This document shows positions 40,148 to 54,721 of a stretch of 60,721 nt of DNA, piece by piece. The notes beneath the pieces are model-generated. The model searched no databases, was not told the origin of the DNA, and saw only the letters and a program-made list of their open reading frames with translations. Position numbers and translations under genes: made by a program. The stretch is from Bigelowiella natans CCMP2755 (lineage: Eukaryota > Protista > Cercozoa), in contig ADNK01003181.1 of assembly GCA_000320545.1 (NCBI GenBank), forward strand, positions 1 through 60,721, written 5' to 3'. The first letter of the stretch is position 1, and every line of letters starts with the position of its first letter.

Positions 40148-40838
40148 TCGCAGAAGCATTTTGTTGAGCAAAAACAGAACATCGTTGTGGTGCGACAACG
40201 CTCTTGAGCTGATAATTTTAGTAGTTTACATGAATATCTTGTCGCAGGAAGCGAACCTCCTTCTTTTTATCGGATATGCGTTGATAAAGCATCAAATCAT
40301 CAATCACAACTTCTTGGTCAATGCTGCGTCGACGATACATGCACATCGCGTCGACGATACATGCATGTCCACGTGATGATGAGTGTTTTAATAATAGTGC
40401 GTCGACATGTGCTGCTCAGACGCGTGCGAGCGACGCATTTTTGTCGCAGAAAACGCACGAATTTTCCCATACAAAATCGAACAGAATTTGTACGAGTGGT
40501 AACTTTTCTGCGCTACAGGTTGCTACCAATATTTCTCAGAGAAATCGAGGAAGCGGCTTCGAGCAACGAGGAGAAAAAGTAGTCGAGTAGTCGACAGTAA
40601 TTATGGTAATATTCCCCAAAGAACGATGCAACCTGACCACGTTCCCTGCCTCAGGCTGGACGGCCGTTATCGCAAACCGCATCGCAAAACCGTGTGACGC
40701 ACATGTGCAGTCAAGACGGATCTAACCCTAATTAAAATCATCCCCAGACTTCGCTCACAAACCGGTTAGAACAGCGCTCCGGGTAGCATCATTTCTAAAA
40801 CCATCGTTCTTTACCGCAATCACCATCACCCTAAGGAG

Positions 40839-41621
40839 ATGGCATTGCTGTGGATTCCCAAGTTGAGGAATGGCCTCAAGCCTAGTCAGCAGGATTCTCC
40901 TCCAAAATTGGCAAAATGCCAGCACAGCAAGACCGATCCAGAAGCCTTTGCCAGAAGTACACAGAATCAGCAAAACAATGGAAAGCGCTGTCGGAGAACG
41001 AAGTCCGTGGTATTTGGGCGCTCGAAGGTGCGATTCTTTGACCAGAACGACCCGGCATGGATTCAAGAATCTACTGATGTAAGTGAACTATCATCCAGCA
41101 CTGAAGATTTCAAAGAAAAGAAGAATAAGAAGAAATCTCCTCCACCATCTCCCTCTGTCCAAGAGGAATTCGAGCACGAAGAGTTGAGAAGACGAGATTC
41201 TTCGCCAAAACCATCCGCAGTCACTAAAGGCGAGATACAGCAAGTTGTCAAGCTGGTGGGGAAAATTCAACGCGAGAAATGGTCCCGACCTTTTGAGATG
41301 TTATACTTGGGAGAGACTCTGATGATGACCGACGAAACCATCGTGAAGCGAATGAGTTCTTCTACGTTTGTCGGGAAAGTTTCAACAATCGAGGGGCAAA
41401 AGGAACTTCAAGGTGTGGTCATCCATCGTCGAAGCTTCACTGTCAAAAATTTGCTCATGCGAAGTCCGCGTAATCTCCAGTGTTCATGCTACCTCAACAA
41501 TATTATCGAATTCATCTATAAGCACCTATCGAGATCTGCTCACCAAAAAACTAATTTCGAGTGGCACAAGCTGAGGAATATGCGTTTGTCAGCTAGTCGG
41601 GAAACAAATACGGATAAATAA
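40839..41621 (+). CDS. Hypothetical protein (260-aa ORF; possible upstream exon)
   Basis: Long open frame with protein-like composition. KSVVFG..KVRFF resembles RVxF-type PP1 docking motifs. Confidence 0.55.
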   Translation: MALLWIPKLRNGLKPSQQDSPPKLAKCQHSKTDPEAFARSTQNQQNNGKRCRRTKSVVFGRSKVRFFDQNDPAWIQESTDVSELSSSTEDFKEKKNKKKSPPPSPSVQEEFEHEELRRRDSSPKPSAVTKGEIQQVVKLVGKIQREKWSRPFEMLYLGETLMMTDETIVKRMSSSTFVGKVSTIEGQKELQGVVIHRRSFTVKNLLMRSPRNLQCSCYLNNIIEFIYKHLSRSAHQKTNFEWHKLRNMRLSASRETNTDK

Positions 41622-42302
41622 ACCATATAGAGTCTTCTTTGCATTTAGCGATCATTTCCAAAGTGTAGGACACTTTGGGTTTTAACTCGGAGAACTTTAA
41701 TCGAAGCGTTCTTCCTTTAATTCCAGTCGGCCGATATTGTTTTTAGATTTGAAGAAAATTTAATGAAAATTATTAGTCAGAGGCCAGTAAAACTAAATTT
41801 AGGATAATTATTGATAATTGTAAAGCGTTCGTCAAATGGACAAGCACTATAAACAGCTGGTGCAAGTCAAATTAAATAAAGATGTAGAAATGATAGGCGT
41901 ACGTACATGCATGCACTAATGCGAGCGTGATTCTAGTTTTGCATGAAGCTTTGAGCCGTGGCTTCATCATGCTATATGAATAAGAGCTATAGAGTGAAAA
42001 TGAGTAGCGAGCACGAGTGTAACTCAATGCGTAGCTGGCATGAACTTGTACATAATATATCTAGAAATCTGCTTGCAATGTAAAATAATGCCTAGCATTT
42101 CTTCGTAATTTTCGATGATGTCTGCTTCGCAGGAACAAGGCCGATCGACCGCTTATTGTTCATTCTACGTGCGCATCTAATCTATCTAGCTACGTACTAT
42201 GCTGCTAGCACATGCTAGCTAGCATGCGTCATGCTGAAGATAAACATATCGCATAGCATAGACACACGCATTGTGATTGCTTTGCAGTCTCAATAATACT
42301 GC

Positions 42303-44925
42303 TCATTGTGCTGCGGTTACTTCTTGCTGTTTCTTGCGTTCCCCACTCTCGTCGATATTCTCTTGCTGATTAGATGTGGAAGATCCTTGCTCTTGCCCTG
42401 TATTGCTCCCGTTTTCGATGGTGACGGCATTAGCAGCCAAATCAGTAGTAGCAGGCACAGCGCCAACATCATCAGCAGCACCTTGCTCTCCCTTTTTTTG
42501 CCTTTTGAGTGGTTTATTTTCAAGGGAAGGAAAAATCAGATTTTGCTGTCGCATCGATTTTCCTAGCATAGCAACGTGCAGGTTGACTATTTAAAGAGAA
42601 AACTGATTTACAAAGTTATCCAATATCATACTGACTTATTCTTTTTCTTCTTTTTCTTTTTCTTTTTCAGGAGAGCCTCGAGCGCTTTGCGAATATCTTG
42701 AATGTCCACAGGTCTATTATCGCTCATGTGCTCAACCTTGAAGACCTTGAAGCATCACCAAAGGTGTCATATCATTAAATATTACTCGCAAAAATAGACT
42801 TTGGCAAGGAGGAAAGTGAGGACAGAAGATATTATTGGTAAGAATACCTCTTCGTAGCCAATTCCTCGTACAAGATACTGCGATATGGTGTTTGCGTGCG
42901 ATTGTTTCCCAAGGAATAGCACCTGCAAAACAAAGCTGATTGTCATGGCTGCTTCTATCCTGCATTCTGCTGTTTGTTTTCACTCCTACCAACCTTGGGA
43001 TTAGCAATCAATGCTGAATGTATGGCCTTTATGAACAGGATATCTCCAAACATATGATCTAGGAGCAAACGAAAGAGAAGGAGAGAAGAGAAGGGGAAAT
43101 GGACAACACGTGGTGAGAGCATCTCCCGCAGAGGTCATCCTTCACACCAGGCCCTTCCTCTTTCTCTTCCTCCCACACCTCGTGTAGTGGGCTGTTATTC
43201 ATGGTAGGTAATGTCACATGCAAAAGAAAAGGAAGGTGACGACCGTTGTCGCGAAAATAGCTGAGAAACTTCTTCCTGTCCTCTCTCCTGAGCAATGCCA
43301 GTATAACATTATGACCCCTGGAGGGTGCTTGTGATTATAACATTTAGACATAATGGTTGCTCACCACAAATATGTATAATATTAACGGCAGTAGCTTGGG
43401 ATTTCGTGGTAACAGGAAGAGAATACAGGTGCAGCTATACTTCGCGTGTACGATGATGCTAATGAACTCCTCACTACCGGCATCTCCTAAAGGAATGATG
43501 CAGCACTTTACGTTGCATACTGAGCTTCCGCTCTCCAAAGACCTTATGGCTTCTCACATACTCGTCCTTAAATTGTTATTTGAATAGATCCATTCGTTAC
43601 GAGGAAAGCAATGAACTGATCAATTTGTAATTGAGACGATTCGTCATCAATTGCGCAATAGCCATTTTCATTTAAATTCTCATCAGCATAGCTAACACTA
43701 GATTACTTGTGTCCTTTCTTCCATGACTTCTATCAGCCCCTTAACTATCAATGGTTGCTAACGAGGAGGAGCAGAGAATCAGAGAGGAAAAGAGCACAAA
43801 CACGGGAGGAGGATTTCGGAAAGCGATTGATACGAAAGAGGAGATATGTTCATTTCTGATGAAGAATGTATTTAGATTTCCTACTGATGCTATAAGATAA
43901 ATCAATTCATACTGAGCTACACCATTAAATTAGACGGGGATAGACACGACATAAGAACATTTAAACTCGATTTCTAGCAAATACCTTCTTAGTCTTCTTC
44001 TTGTCCTCAATGAAATCTCTCGCGCTTTTCAGATATTCAGCCCATGTTGATCTTGATAGATTGTGGATCTTGACACTCCCTTCAATCCTTGATCACCACA
44101 CACACAAATTTGACACAAAGAGAACGACTCAGGTAAGGCAGTAGGAATGGCGCATATTATAAAGCTAGGGTGAAAATTATCCTCACTCAACTTAGTGACT
44201 TTCACACGGGTTTCATTTTACTTCTATTAATGACTTGGTAAGTGTGTATATGTTACCATTGGTCCAGCACTTCTTCTCTATCGAGCAAAGAACGAACATC
44301 CGCAACTAACTCCGTCCCCCTGATTTTGGTAGCATGAATTAGTAGCAATTGCAAAGCTAAGAGTAATTCAAAAACTTGGGCAAATTCATCATGCAAACGT
44401 TTGAAGGCATCGACATCTTTTAAAAATTTCTTACTTATATGCTCTTGTGTCCACACATGAGAGCGTCACATTGCTGTCTTCCTTATTAATCCAAAGCGGT
44501 ACCCTGATGCGGGAGTGCTTATCATAAACACGTTGGAACGAATCTAAAAAAAGATATACCTGTAAATTAGCTTTGAAAGTTCTCGTTTATCTATTTTTGG
44601 TTTCTCCGAAAGAGCATCAGGCCTAGAAAGTGAATAAGATCATGAGAGTCATACAACATGAATCTGTTTTCGGGCAGATACCGATCCTTACCTTATTGGA
44701 ATGATCACTTGAACACGTGTTTTTCCTTCTGCCCAAGCCTTAAATCCTTCAACGCATGTTAGCAACTGGGCGTTGCACGTATTCTATGTGTCATCCCGTT
44801 ATCGACGACCGTGACAAAGAAGCAAAACAACACTGAGTTATTTTCAAGCTTGCCAACGGCCAAATCGTGGAACGCACCTCCTTTTTATCATCGTCATTTC
44901 CGTGATCTCCGATAATTACCACCAT
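42303..44925 (-). CDS. Hypothetical multi-exon protein with poly-Lys (NLS-like) tract
   Basis: GT-AG-bounded exons: NTCNAQLL..., LDREEVLDQW|IEGSVKIH..., VLFLGNNRTQTPYRSILYEELATK, ALEALLKKKKK, terminal exon ...EVTAAQ*. Family not recognised. Confidence 0.65.
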
Positions 44926-45085
44926 TTTCCCATCCTTCTTCAATACGACAATGGACACAATCATTGGAGGGGGGAAGAGGGGGGGTCCTTCACCGGCAGA
45001 GAAGTTGTGCAGAAAAGGCGTTGTCGTAAGATTATAAACGCGCTTTTAGAGCAGTACAATTCGCTTGTCGCAGGTCGAAAACGCC

Positions 45086-47828
45086 ATGCTTTCCCTGGAG
45101 AATTCATTGTCGCGTTGTCGCCAATTGAATCCACCGACTCTGTTCGGCTGCCCATCGCCTAACATTCTGGGAAAGGGGGGGGTTGTGCACAGAAACCTAG
45201 CGGCATTGAACGAACCACCAACGGACGCGCACACCCCGCCGCACATGGAAAATAAGAGAACAGACAATGTGCAAGAAGAGGCTGGGGGCAAACAGAACTA
45301 TGATGATGATGATGAAGGCACAGTGACTGATGGCATTAGTAATAGTGATAGGAATCACAACGAACGGAAGGAAGGGCATGCAAAGCTGCCGTCGGACACA
45401 GAGAAAGGAGAATCCAAAGAAGAAGAGCCTACAATGCTGCAGCCTGACACAGATGAAATAAAGGGCCTAGAGAAGGTGGGTTCATCAACTATTAATCGGT
45501 GAAAGTGCCATTCTTGTTGAAATTGACTACATTGTTACCGCTACCACTACTACTGCCACTGCTGCTACTGAAATTACTGCTACCACTGTTGTTGTTGTTG
45601 TAGTAATAGTAGTAGTAGCAGTAGCAGTAGCAGTAGCAGTAGCAGTAGTTGTTGTTGCTGCTGCTGCTGCTGCTGCTGTTACTACTACAAATGATGTTAT
45701 ACTGCTATTACTACTAGGCGTTTATCCTCTACAAAATCTCAAAGATTGACCAAGCATTTAAGGTATTACTGAATGAAGATGATAGTATAAGAATATGGAT
45801 TAGTGGAAGCGGGTGCGGTATGATACGGTCAGCTTCCAGCTAATGGTTATTAATACATTTTGAACATTTGCGATACGTTTTGTGCTGATATTATCTACCA
45901 CAGCAAATAGAAAGCTTGAAGAATTCTTCGGTAGTTGTCACTGCCACAGGAGAAACACGTCAGAAAATCTCAGAAATCCGTAGCGCGCATGCCCAAATGA
46001 TACGCACGAGGGAGCTTGGGAGATACAAACGGTTGGAGATGTGTTGTGGATAATCACAAGGAGATTTCCACCTATCATCGACAAGAAGAGGGGACTCCCA
46101 TACATAGCATAAAAGTCAGTACGAGCAGTAGATATTGTATTATTCGTAGTGATGGTGGTTGGTGACGATGATGAAGCGTCGGCTGCTTACCAAAGATATT
46201 CTCATCTAGAATCTTCTTCTTGTCAACTTCTTGCTGTCACCCTAGTTATCGAAAACCATTGCACATATTTGCTCCCCCATGATAGGTGGTTGGCATCATC
46301 GAAGCCCCTTTGCAGCACCTGCTATCGCTCATTATAGAGGCTGATCTGATACCTACTTTCATCAACTTCATCACAATCATAGTTGACCAACTCAAAGTTA
46401 AGAGTCCGTATCATCAGATCCTCTACTCAAGGGTAACAGTAAATAAGTGAACGAATAGCAATTCACGTGAGCAGCTGTGATGTGATAAAAAATACCGTTA
46501 TCCGAATACTCTTCATTTCAACACGGAGAGCTCGTATATCGTAGTATGTTGTGTCCTCATTACTATTAATGTAGGTACCTCTCCCTTGGCCACTAGACGA
46601 CAGAGATGTAATCATAAACGCACAAGGATTTGATCTGCTTGATGAATTTGGTGAAATTGTTATCTCGGCTACTTCTGTTAAGGAATTTCCAGATACAAAG
46701 ATCCCAGAAGTAGTACAAATTATTTTATTTGAACGCGAAATATATACGTTTAAATGACTGATGTCCATTTGAAGGTGCCTCCAAAATGCACACGCCTGGA
46801 GATACATCTGGCAGGTATTAAGGCTGAGGATTTGAGCAGAGTGTAATTTGTGCGTATCGTTAGAAATGGTGAATGAAATGGAATTATATGCACATTGACA
46901 AACATGAATACATAATTGCCACGAGAAACTTAAATTAATATCATGTTGATGATTTCGACAACCTATCACTGAAACACAATGAGCGAAACCGATTTCTTCA
47001 ATTATTTGTTTGAATTTTATGCTCACACGTGAGTGCTAACATTTTTCTCTCTGTTGAAATCATGGATGGTATTCGCTGCGTAAGGTGCTCGGATCAAACC
47101 CATTACAATGAATAAAATTGAGCTCACAGCTGTAGCCAATGTCGATTTCAAGAGCTTTCTGCCATCCTCTGTTATCAACTGGTGAGACTTCATCGGATTA
47201 TCTGTGATGTAGTGAAATGTGCTACAAAATCGAAGAATGAGTACCCTGTACCACGTAATATTAGTTATCGGCGCATAACAAAAAATCAAAACCTTTTTAG
47301 GCTAGCAAAGACGCTCGCTTATTACTTTTTCCTTCAATTTCGAGCGAAGGTGGGCTATAAAACGAATACGCACTGCTTATTTTCTTCTATTAAATAGCAT
47401 GAGGATTCGTATGTACAATAGGAAACGGCATTAGTTATCGTCTCGCCACTGACCTATACTAGCACTGGTTCAAACTCGAGATCTGCTTGCAAACCTGAGC
47501 CTATATATGTGTAAATGAAACCAGGCAGCATCCAGCAGCGGCAATGGGCCACACTACGATCGTGTGAATGAAAAGAAGGAGATGTATACACAGGTGAAAA
47601 GGAAGCCTCGCTGTAACTCATTATTGTAAGCTTACATTCCTAGTTCCAGTGACTACCCTGATACTGTAGGTTATGGGCCCAATCATTGAATATTTTCGAA
47701 ACAAAGGCGATTCCAGTGAACAGGAGATAGCAAGGACAGAAACCAAAAATGAAGCTGTTGATGTAGCGGTGAATGGTGGAAAGGAAGATGAGAATGTTGT
47801 GGATACGAAAGATGTTAGCAGGGATTAA
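45086..47828 (+). CDS. START/lipid-binding-domain-like protein
   Basis: VPLPWPLDDRDVII and ANVDFKSFLPSSVINWLAK are START-fold signatures. Acidic N- and C-terminal extensions; start is 45086 or 45245. Confidence 0.7.
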
Positions 47829-48988
47829 CAATATAGACCATAGCATGGCTATGATTCGGGCATGTACATTCTGATAAGCACTAGCATTGGACAACACATC
47901 AGCGCATCATAACATAACGATGACGTGTAAGCTCTGTGTGAAACTGCATCCTTGCTTCATATGTAAGACGGATGTAATAATTCAAATCAAATTTGTTCAA
48001 TGGTCATCCTCATGTAACTGTGCAATGCAGCGACTACAGATCCTGTTGGTCTCCCCTATGATGTGTTTCATGCAATCAAATGCATGTTGTTTCGGTCTTG
48101 AGTTAACTGTCGCGCATTTCGCGCAGCAGTGCGTGTTTCCTTCTCATCGCAAGTCAATCTTTTCATGTGATAGTTTAGACACCTGCCAATTCACAATTAA
48201 AGGCAAAGCTGATTCGACCTACCCTTCAGCATGCCTAGATGCACTGGTGCGTGCTGCATGTATGGCTGCATGAATACCGTACACGTCTAGACGTGCACAG
48301 AACGTACAGCTGCTGCTACTGACATCTAAACTAGTAAATAGCTCGTGCCAGTCGGCTACGTAGCGTACCATGCACCTTTCCAGGCTTTATCATGCTATAG
48401 CAGCAAGACTGCCTCTGGCCATCTCTAGATCTATCGCTGCATATTATGCATTTATCGTGAGAACGTGAATGCTCACGTTGCGACGTTTATGTACGTATGC
48501 ATGGATGACAAGATAGGTGTATAGTAAAGACATCTAGATCAATACTCGCTAGCAGGCTTTATCACATACATGCAAATTGTATAATTACGCAGTGAAAACA
48601 AGCTCAGCCTATGAGCGAGGCACTCTAGCATGGCTGCCGGTTTACTTGTATAATGATTGCGGGTTATATTAGCTTACTAGCTTATTTATTGCATTCTAGC
48701 ATTATTATAACGCGCACGTGCGAGGTCACTGCGCATACAAATAGTTCGGATGAAACCTCATTGAGCATGATTAACATTGAATCAAAAATCACAACGGTCC
48801 ACATTCAATACCACTAAACTTCGCCCACCCATCATACCGTACAGCTACCTTCCCACTATTATTAAGTATATTACGTGCTTGTGCACGTACGAATTTTCAA
48901 AAGAGATCAAGGAAACGATGATCATCAGGCTATGTTTCCACGAGCTCAATAATACTTATTTCTATCGTTCATCGCTTCAAATGTAGTC

Positions 48989-49686
48989 TTACTCCTCTCC
49001 TTCATCTGCTGCTGGTGCGGTTTGTTCCACCATTGAAGGGTGACGGCATTGCATGTAATCCTCCTGGTACATAACGACGTTACCATCTGGTCCCTATAAG
49101 AAAAATTATCAACGTTATGACATGTCTCAATGCAGAATCTACATATTGATTGCGTGCACGTCTGATCATTCTCATAAGCGCATTTATCATAATATCAACT
49201 TGGTACCGGGCAAGCAGGCGAGTCCTGTGGATCAGGAAGCAAATTGTAGAAGGTAGCAATGAGTCCAAATGCAACTGCCATTCTAAAAGCTCCCTGAAGA
49301 AGGCCGATATCCGGATCAACATCGAAAGATGGCTCAGGGCACTGGGCGTCATCGTGAGTCAATTCGGCATCTTCTGGGAGCTGTAATAAATGTATGAAGG
49401 ACTCAGTCAGTGCATGGCTAAAAACATCCTTCAGTTAAAATCTTGCTTCTACTATTGGCGAAAATAGTTTGTCATCTCAACTGTGATAGGTGGCAAATTA
49501 ATTTTGAAACTCTTAAAACCAAAAACTACTAGCCATTATCACCGTAGCCGCCTCCATTTGTGTTTGTGGTCTTCGAAAGATTCCATCTGAGCAGTCACCA
49601 CCAAGTCTTGTGGTAGAAAGGGCTTGACGATTCGCGGGAATTCTCAAGGAGAGGCGTTGCAGGCGATGTACAGCGCGTCTGAGCAT
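48989..49686 (-). CDS. Mitochondrial complex I subunit NDUFB8 (ASHI)-like
   Basis: Presequence MLRRAVHRLQRLSLR; LPEDAELTHDDAQCPEPSFD resembles the plant/algal ELxWDxG..PEP.D motif and is followed by one hydrophobic segment. Three exons. Confidence 0.65.
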
Positions 49687-50154
49687 AGTCTGGGCAAGTG
49701 CTGGACGGGGGGGGCGTTGGCGTAAGGAGAGTGAAGATATAAGATTTTATGAAATGAAGCTGAAGAATATAACACAACAGTATGCGCATTTAGGATATAC
49801 GACATACCTATATTAATCTCTTTTGAACTAATATGGCCAGCGATTAGCACCTAAATCAGATCTTAATTCTGAATGTAACTCTTTTCAGGTATAAAAATAA
49901 TAAACTTGGTGCGCAAAATGCGCAAGAAAGCCTCAAAATTATGCCGAAAGACAATGAATAAATTGCTTCGACTTGGAAAAGGAGAGTCTCCAGAGAGTCT
50001 CCAGAGGAGAGACCCTCTTCTCTGCAAACACGTCGAAGTGCTTGCCTGAAGTTCCGGGTCACGAAGAGGAAGCCATAAAATATTTACTCGTCCTCCTCCT
50101 CCTCAGTATCTCCGTCTCAGCCTCAGACGAGCAAATCGATCTGAACTGCCCTTG

Positions 50155-52627
50155 ATGCGAAAGAAAGTCGATTTGAAAGAGAGCAGGCATGAGCTAAGGC
50201 GTCGATTTGGCCTTCAATATAATGTCCGAAAATATAGACTTCTACCTCGGTTACAGGTCATGCTTCATTTGAAGAACTGCACTATATACAAGAAGTCTGA
50301 AATGTTCTCTAGAGCGTGTATGTAAAATATTTTCGACAAACAAACCATAATTACCGACTCACGACTGACCGACTGCATGCATCCTCGCTTTTCACGACTT
50401 CTCCTTCCTTAGAAAGCTTTCGTTCAGTTGAACCTGGATCAAGATACACAGAAATTCATACTTTATTCGATGAAAAACCCATACAGCGCATGGTTGCTCA
50501 CTGAATTACTTAACATCGTTTTGACGTGCACATTGATGTGTTAATAAATGGGGGGTGGGGGGTGGGCTACTACTTGCAATGTCCGCTGCAAAGATCGAAT
50601 TTTTAGACTAGTGACTTTCGAATTCTACTCTTTTCAAAGCATTACAACATCAGGGCATAAACACACTGGGTAGATGATGGTAATCGCTCATCGAGAAATG
50701 ATTTAATCGATGCAGGTGGTGTTGGATTAGAGGTTCTCTGATGCGGTATACATCGAGGTAGTAACTGTATGTGGTAGTAATGATGAATGTAAACATCAAT
50801 TTTGTGATCGCCTTCTCACGGCCATCTATACTTAGGTACACTGCCGACGGAATCCTCAACATGTCGCGCATGCACGTTCTATCGACATCACAATGGCGGA
50901 CCATTTTAAAGCTAGCAATTGATGAAGATTCAAAGACCCTTCTGGATGTTGGTAATAGACATAATGAGGATACAGAGGAGTAGAAATGTTTTTTGGGAAA
51001 AACAAATTAAACGGTAAAGCAGCCTATAAGGCCGTGTACAATTTTTCTTTGAACGTTGAATTCACAGCATACTTCTGCCTTACATCGATTGTTTCTCTTC
51101 CTTTAAAGCATCATCATCGTGTTGTTATTATTGATCTCGCAGGTGCTGGAGACGGTTTTGTCACACAATCGGCACAGCCTCTCTTTTCGCAAATCACCGC
51201 TACAGTTAAGTTGTTGTTTTGCGCGGCCATATAAATGTTGGCTTTGTAGGAGAATTGTGGGAAAATTATAAAACACATAGAGACTTCTTGGAGACGATCG
51301 ATGATGAATATAAAAACGCCATTATTTCTTAAGGGCTAAGGGAGATGGGTCGTTCAGTGCTATACAGATCAGTAGTTATCACATAATAAATTCTTCTCGA
51401 TCATGGTCACTATCTTCTCAGGAAAGCTCTTTAGCGTTATCATGGAGATTGCAAGCGAAGGGATTTCGCTCAATCTGTACTGGAGGTATGATCAGCATCA
51501 AGGAGGAATAATAACATTGTTTACGAAAACAAGATTAGCAGTAGTGGGTGCTGTTATTGTTGTTGCTGGTGTTGTTGTAGAAGCAGTAGTTTTTGTTTAC
51601 TCATCGACGATATAGTCATCATAGTTCATTCGTACAAGTATTTGTATTACTATCGTCATTATCAGCCGTGTCAGCAGCAGTAGATTAGTATTAACATTAC
51701 TGTTGTCATCATGGTTATCTCTCCTCTCTGAATAGCATTAGCAAAAAATCTTTTCTTGTTACGGTTTATATTGTCATTTAGTACTATATATGTACATATA
51801 TATATATATATATATATATTAATATGTCTGTGTGTGTGTGTGTGTGTGTTTTCTCTTTTCTCTTACTGTCTTCTCTTGTTCTCAAAGACCTTAAATCTTC
51901 ACCAATATCTGGAGAAAAGTTTGATTTCGTATCGTGCCTCAACGTGCTGGATCGGTAATAACATTGGAGCATGGTTTTATAGCTGCTAGCGAATTATAAG
52001 GGGAAAAGAAGAGGGATGAATCGACGATGATAACGGCAACAACGGTGGTGTTTGCGAATATTTGCATTTGTAAGTGATTGCCTTGCTCTCCTGCTAATCC
52101 TCTTTTTCTTCTTAGTTCTGCTCTTTTTTATAACACCTTTTCTGTGTTCTCAGCGTTGATTATCCTCTTCAACTGTTACGCGATTTGAAGTCATCGGTTA
52201 AGCAGCCGGAAGGTGGTGATGAGGACAGTAGAAAGAGAGGGGGGGGGGGGGGGGGGGGTGTTGTAACATCAAGCTCGATACAAAGCAAAGAGGTGACGAG
52301 AAATGACCAAGAGCTGACCATTATTATGTGTCAAAAGGCAAAGTGGTTTTGGCTGTCGTGCTTCCTTTTTGCCCCGCAGTAATGGGTGCTGGAGGGTCTC
52401 GCCCTCCAAAAGAGGTCAGTCTTATTATACACAGTAGTACGGATGAATAGGGATAGTTGTTGTTGTTGTTGCGGCAGTAGAGCAGCTCGAGGTGAATAAA
52501 AGAGGTAAAGTTGACTCAAGTCAACAATTGGATGCCTGCATGTGTCAAATCATCGGTTTTACCAGCTTGTAGACCATAGTCGTCTATGCCGTCGTTCTCG
52601 TCGTTAATCTTCTTGATTTGGTGCTAA

Positions 52628-52663
<36 letters not shown>

Positions 52664-53707
52664 CCTCTCCTTTTAGAGATTGCCTGTACCTGGATGTTGT
52701 GATGGTAGTAAGGTCGGTGATGCTAATCATAATTATAAGAAGAGGAAGAAGAAGAGGAAGGAGGAGAGGGGGGGTTATGCATTAGAAGCAGCAGCAGATG
52801 AGAGGAATACAATCAGTTTTCGTCGTTGCTGTGGTCATCATCACCACCGCCGTCATCGCTATCTATGCAAGCAAATAAGAAGCAAGATAGTCCTGGTACT
52901 CATCGAAATCCTGTGGTGATTTCCCAGAATAACTCGTGGGAAGATTGCATCAATGCGCTCGTAGAGCGGGTGCTAGAGCCAGAGGGATTTCAGGTAGAAC
53001 ATACTACTAGTAGTAGTAGTAATATAGAGGAAGAAGAGAGAGTATGCAAAAGGGTGTTGGCCCCCCCCCCCTCCCCCCTCGATCAACTGAGCCCACTCGC
53101 CTGGGTGAATTAGACTTTGTGTGCTATCGGCAGCTGTGTTAATTGCCCCTCCTTTCACCAAGAAAGAAGAAGAAGAAGAAGAAAAAAAAAAAGAGTGAGG
53201 AATCAAAATTGCCAAAATTGATGCAAATATGGTGAATAGGTGGAAGCTGTGTCAAGAGTCCCGTATCTGTCTCATGGCGACAACAGACGCGGTCTCTACT
53301 CTCTGGATGATGCCATTTTGGTATAATCGTATGCACGGCGATTGTGACAGTATTGTATTTATAATAGTAGTTGTTACGCAATAATTGCCAAGAAAGGGAT
53401 AAACAACTGCTGACAAATGTGCATGGAATAGTCAATTGACTTTATAGCAATGACTATCAATGTTATTACTACGTGCTCATTCATGTATCATTCACTTATC
53501 CGTTTTGCTTAAACACGCTACCTTTGAAAACAACAATGACAGGTTCTCAGCCCAACAGCAGACAATGCCACGAATGGGAACGACGCCGTAGCTAAAGATG
53601 ACAGCTCCTCCCAAACAAAACTAAGTGACAAAAAGGACTCAGCGGCGAAGGAGAGTAGTAATAAAACGTCTTCTTCACAATCGTTCTTCTGTGAGCCCTG
53701 CGAATAA
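50155..53707 (+). CDS. METTL9: METTL9/DREV-family protein-histidine methyltransferase
   Basis: LQKAFVQLNLDQDTQKF, GILNMSRMHVLS, LLDVGAGDGFVT, RLQAKGF, FDFVSCLNVLDR, VLAVVLP, SRVPYLSHGD, YSLDDAILVL. Start may lie further upstream. Confidence 0.9.
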
Positions 53708-54721
53708 ATTTAGAAATAACAAGAACACAGCGCATGCGTGCAGGCAACATGACCTACATGATGAGCAAGTGAAGTGCGCGTGCATTTTCTTACCGCCGCA
53801 TCATGTGACAGCCAACGCAGCCTGCTTCCGGGGGCATGAGCTAGAATGTGCTGTGGCTGATCACCTTTTCAATATAACCTTAATTGAGCATCAGAACCAC
53901 CATTGGTTTGGTTTCAAGCCCAAGCTAGCAAGCGACTTTTTTGGACGATTTCACACAAATAAGCTAGCTAGCTAGACAGACAGGAAAACAACTTGAACTC
54001 TGTATACACTCTGGCAAGCACATGTCGAATGGTGTCGTTGTTGCTCGATCCCGTGTGTGTGTGCTCTGGTGATCATGACTAGATGACCACATCTAGGCAT
54101 ACCAGATACGTCGACTATATAGCACATGATCAACACGGAAATCCCAGCATCGTACAGTGTGCAAACTAACTAGCACAGGGCACATGACCCACTTCCAGAC
54201 TTCTTGTTCCAACGCATGCATTGTTCGCAACGAAACCATGTCTACTAGACTCTAGACGTTGGCTCTGCTGGACCACCGGGCAACGTTTGCAGAGAGCACG
54301 CGCTGCACACGGCTCTAGAGCTGCAGTATATGCTATATGTGAAGTGTGTGGACACACATGATACATATGTATTTGTCGCATTCTATTACCCCACATGTGG
54401 ATGAACAAGGCGCATGCTTCATTGAACGTTGCAATGTGGCGAACGAGTTGCGTTATCTTGTCTAGCTTGTGTGGTGCTACAGGGAAGCATCGCGTGTGCA
54501 TCGCACTAGGCATTACATAAATGCAAAGCTGTACATGTGCATATCACGATGTAGATAGAGATCCTTTAATCCGTCTCATGTACATATCACGATGTAGAGA
54601 TCATTTTCCCTTTTTTTTAAATGAATGTCAAGCTGAACGGCGACCGCTACTTCCATCATCACGCATGGTGCATGCAAGATGGAAACAAACAAATGCAAAT
54701 TTGCCCATTGTTCGTCTGGAT

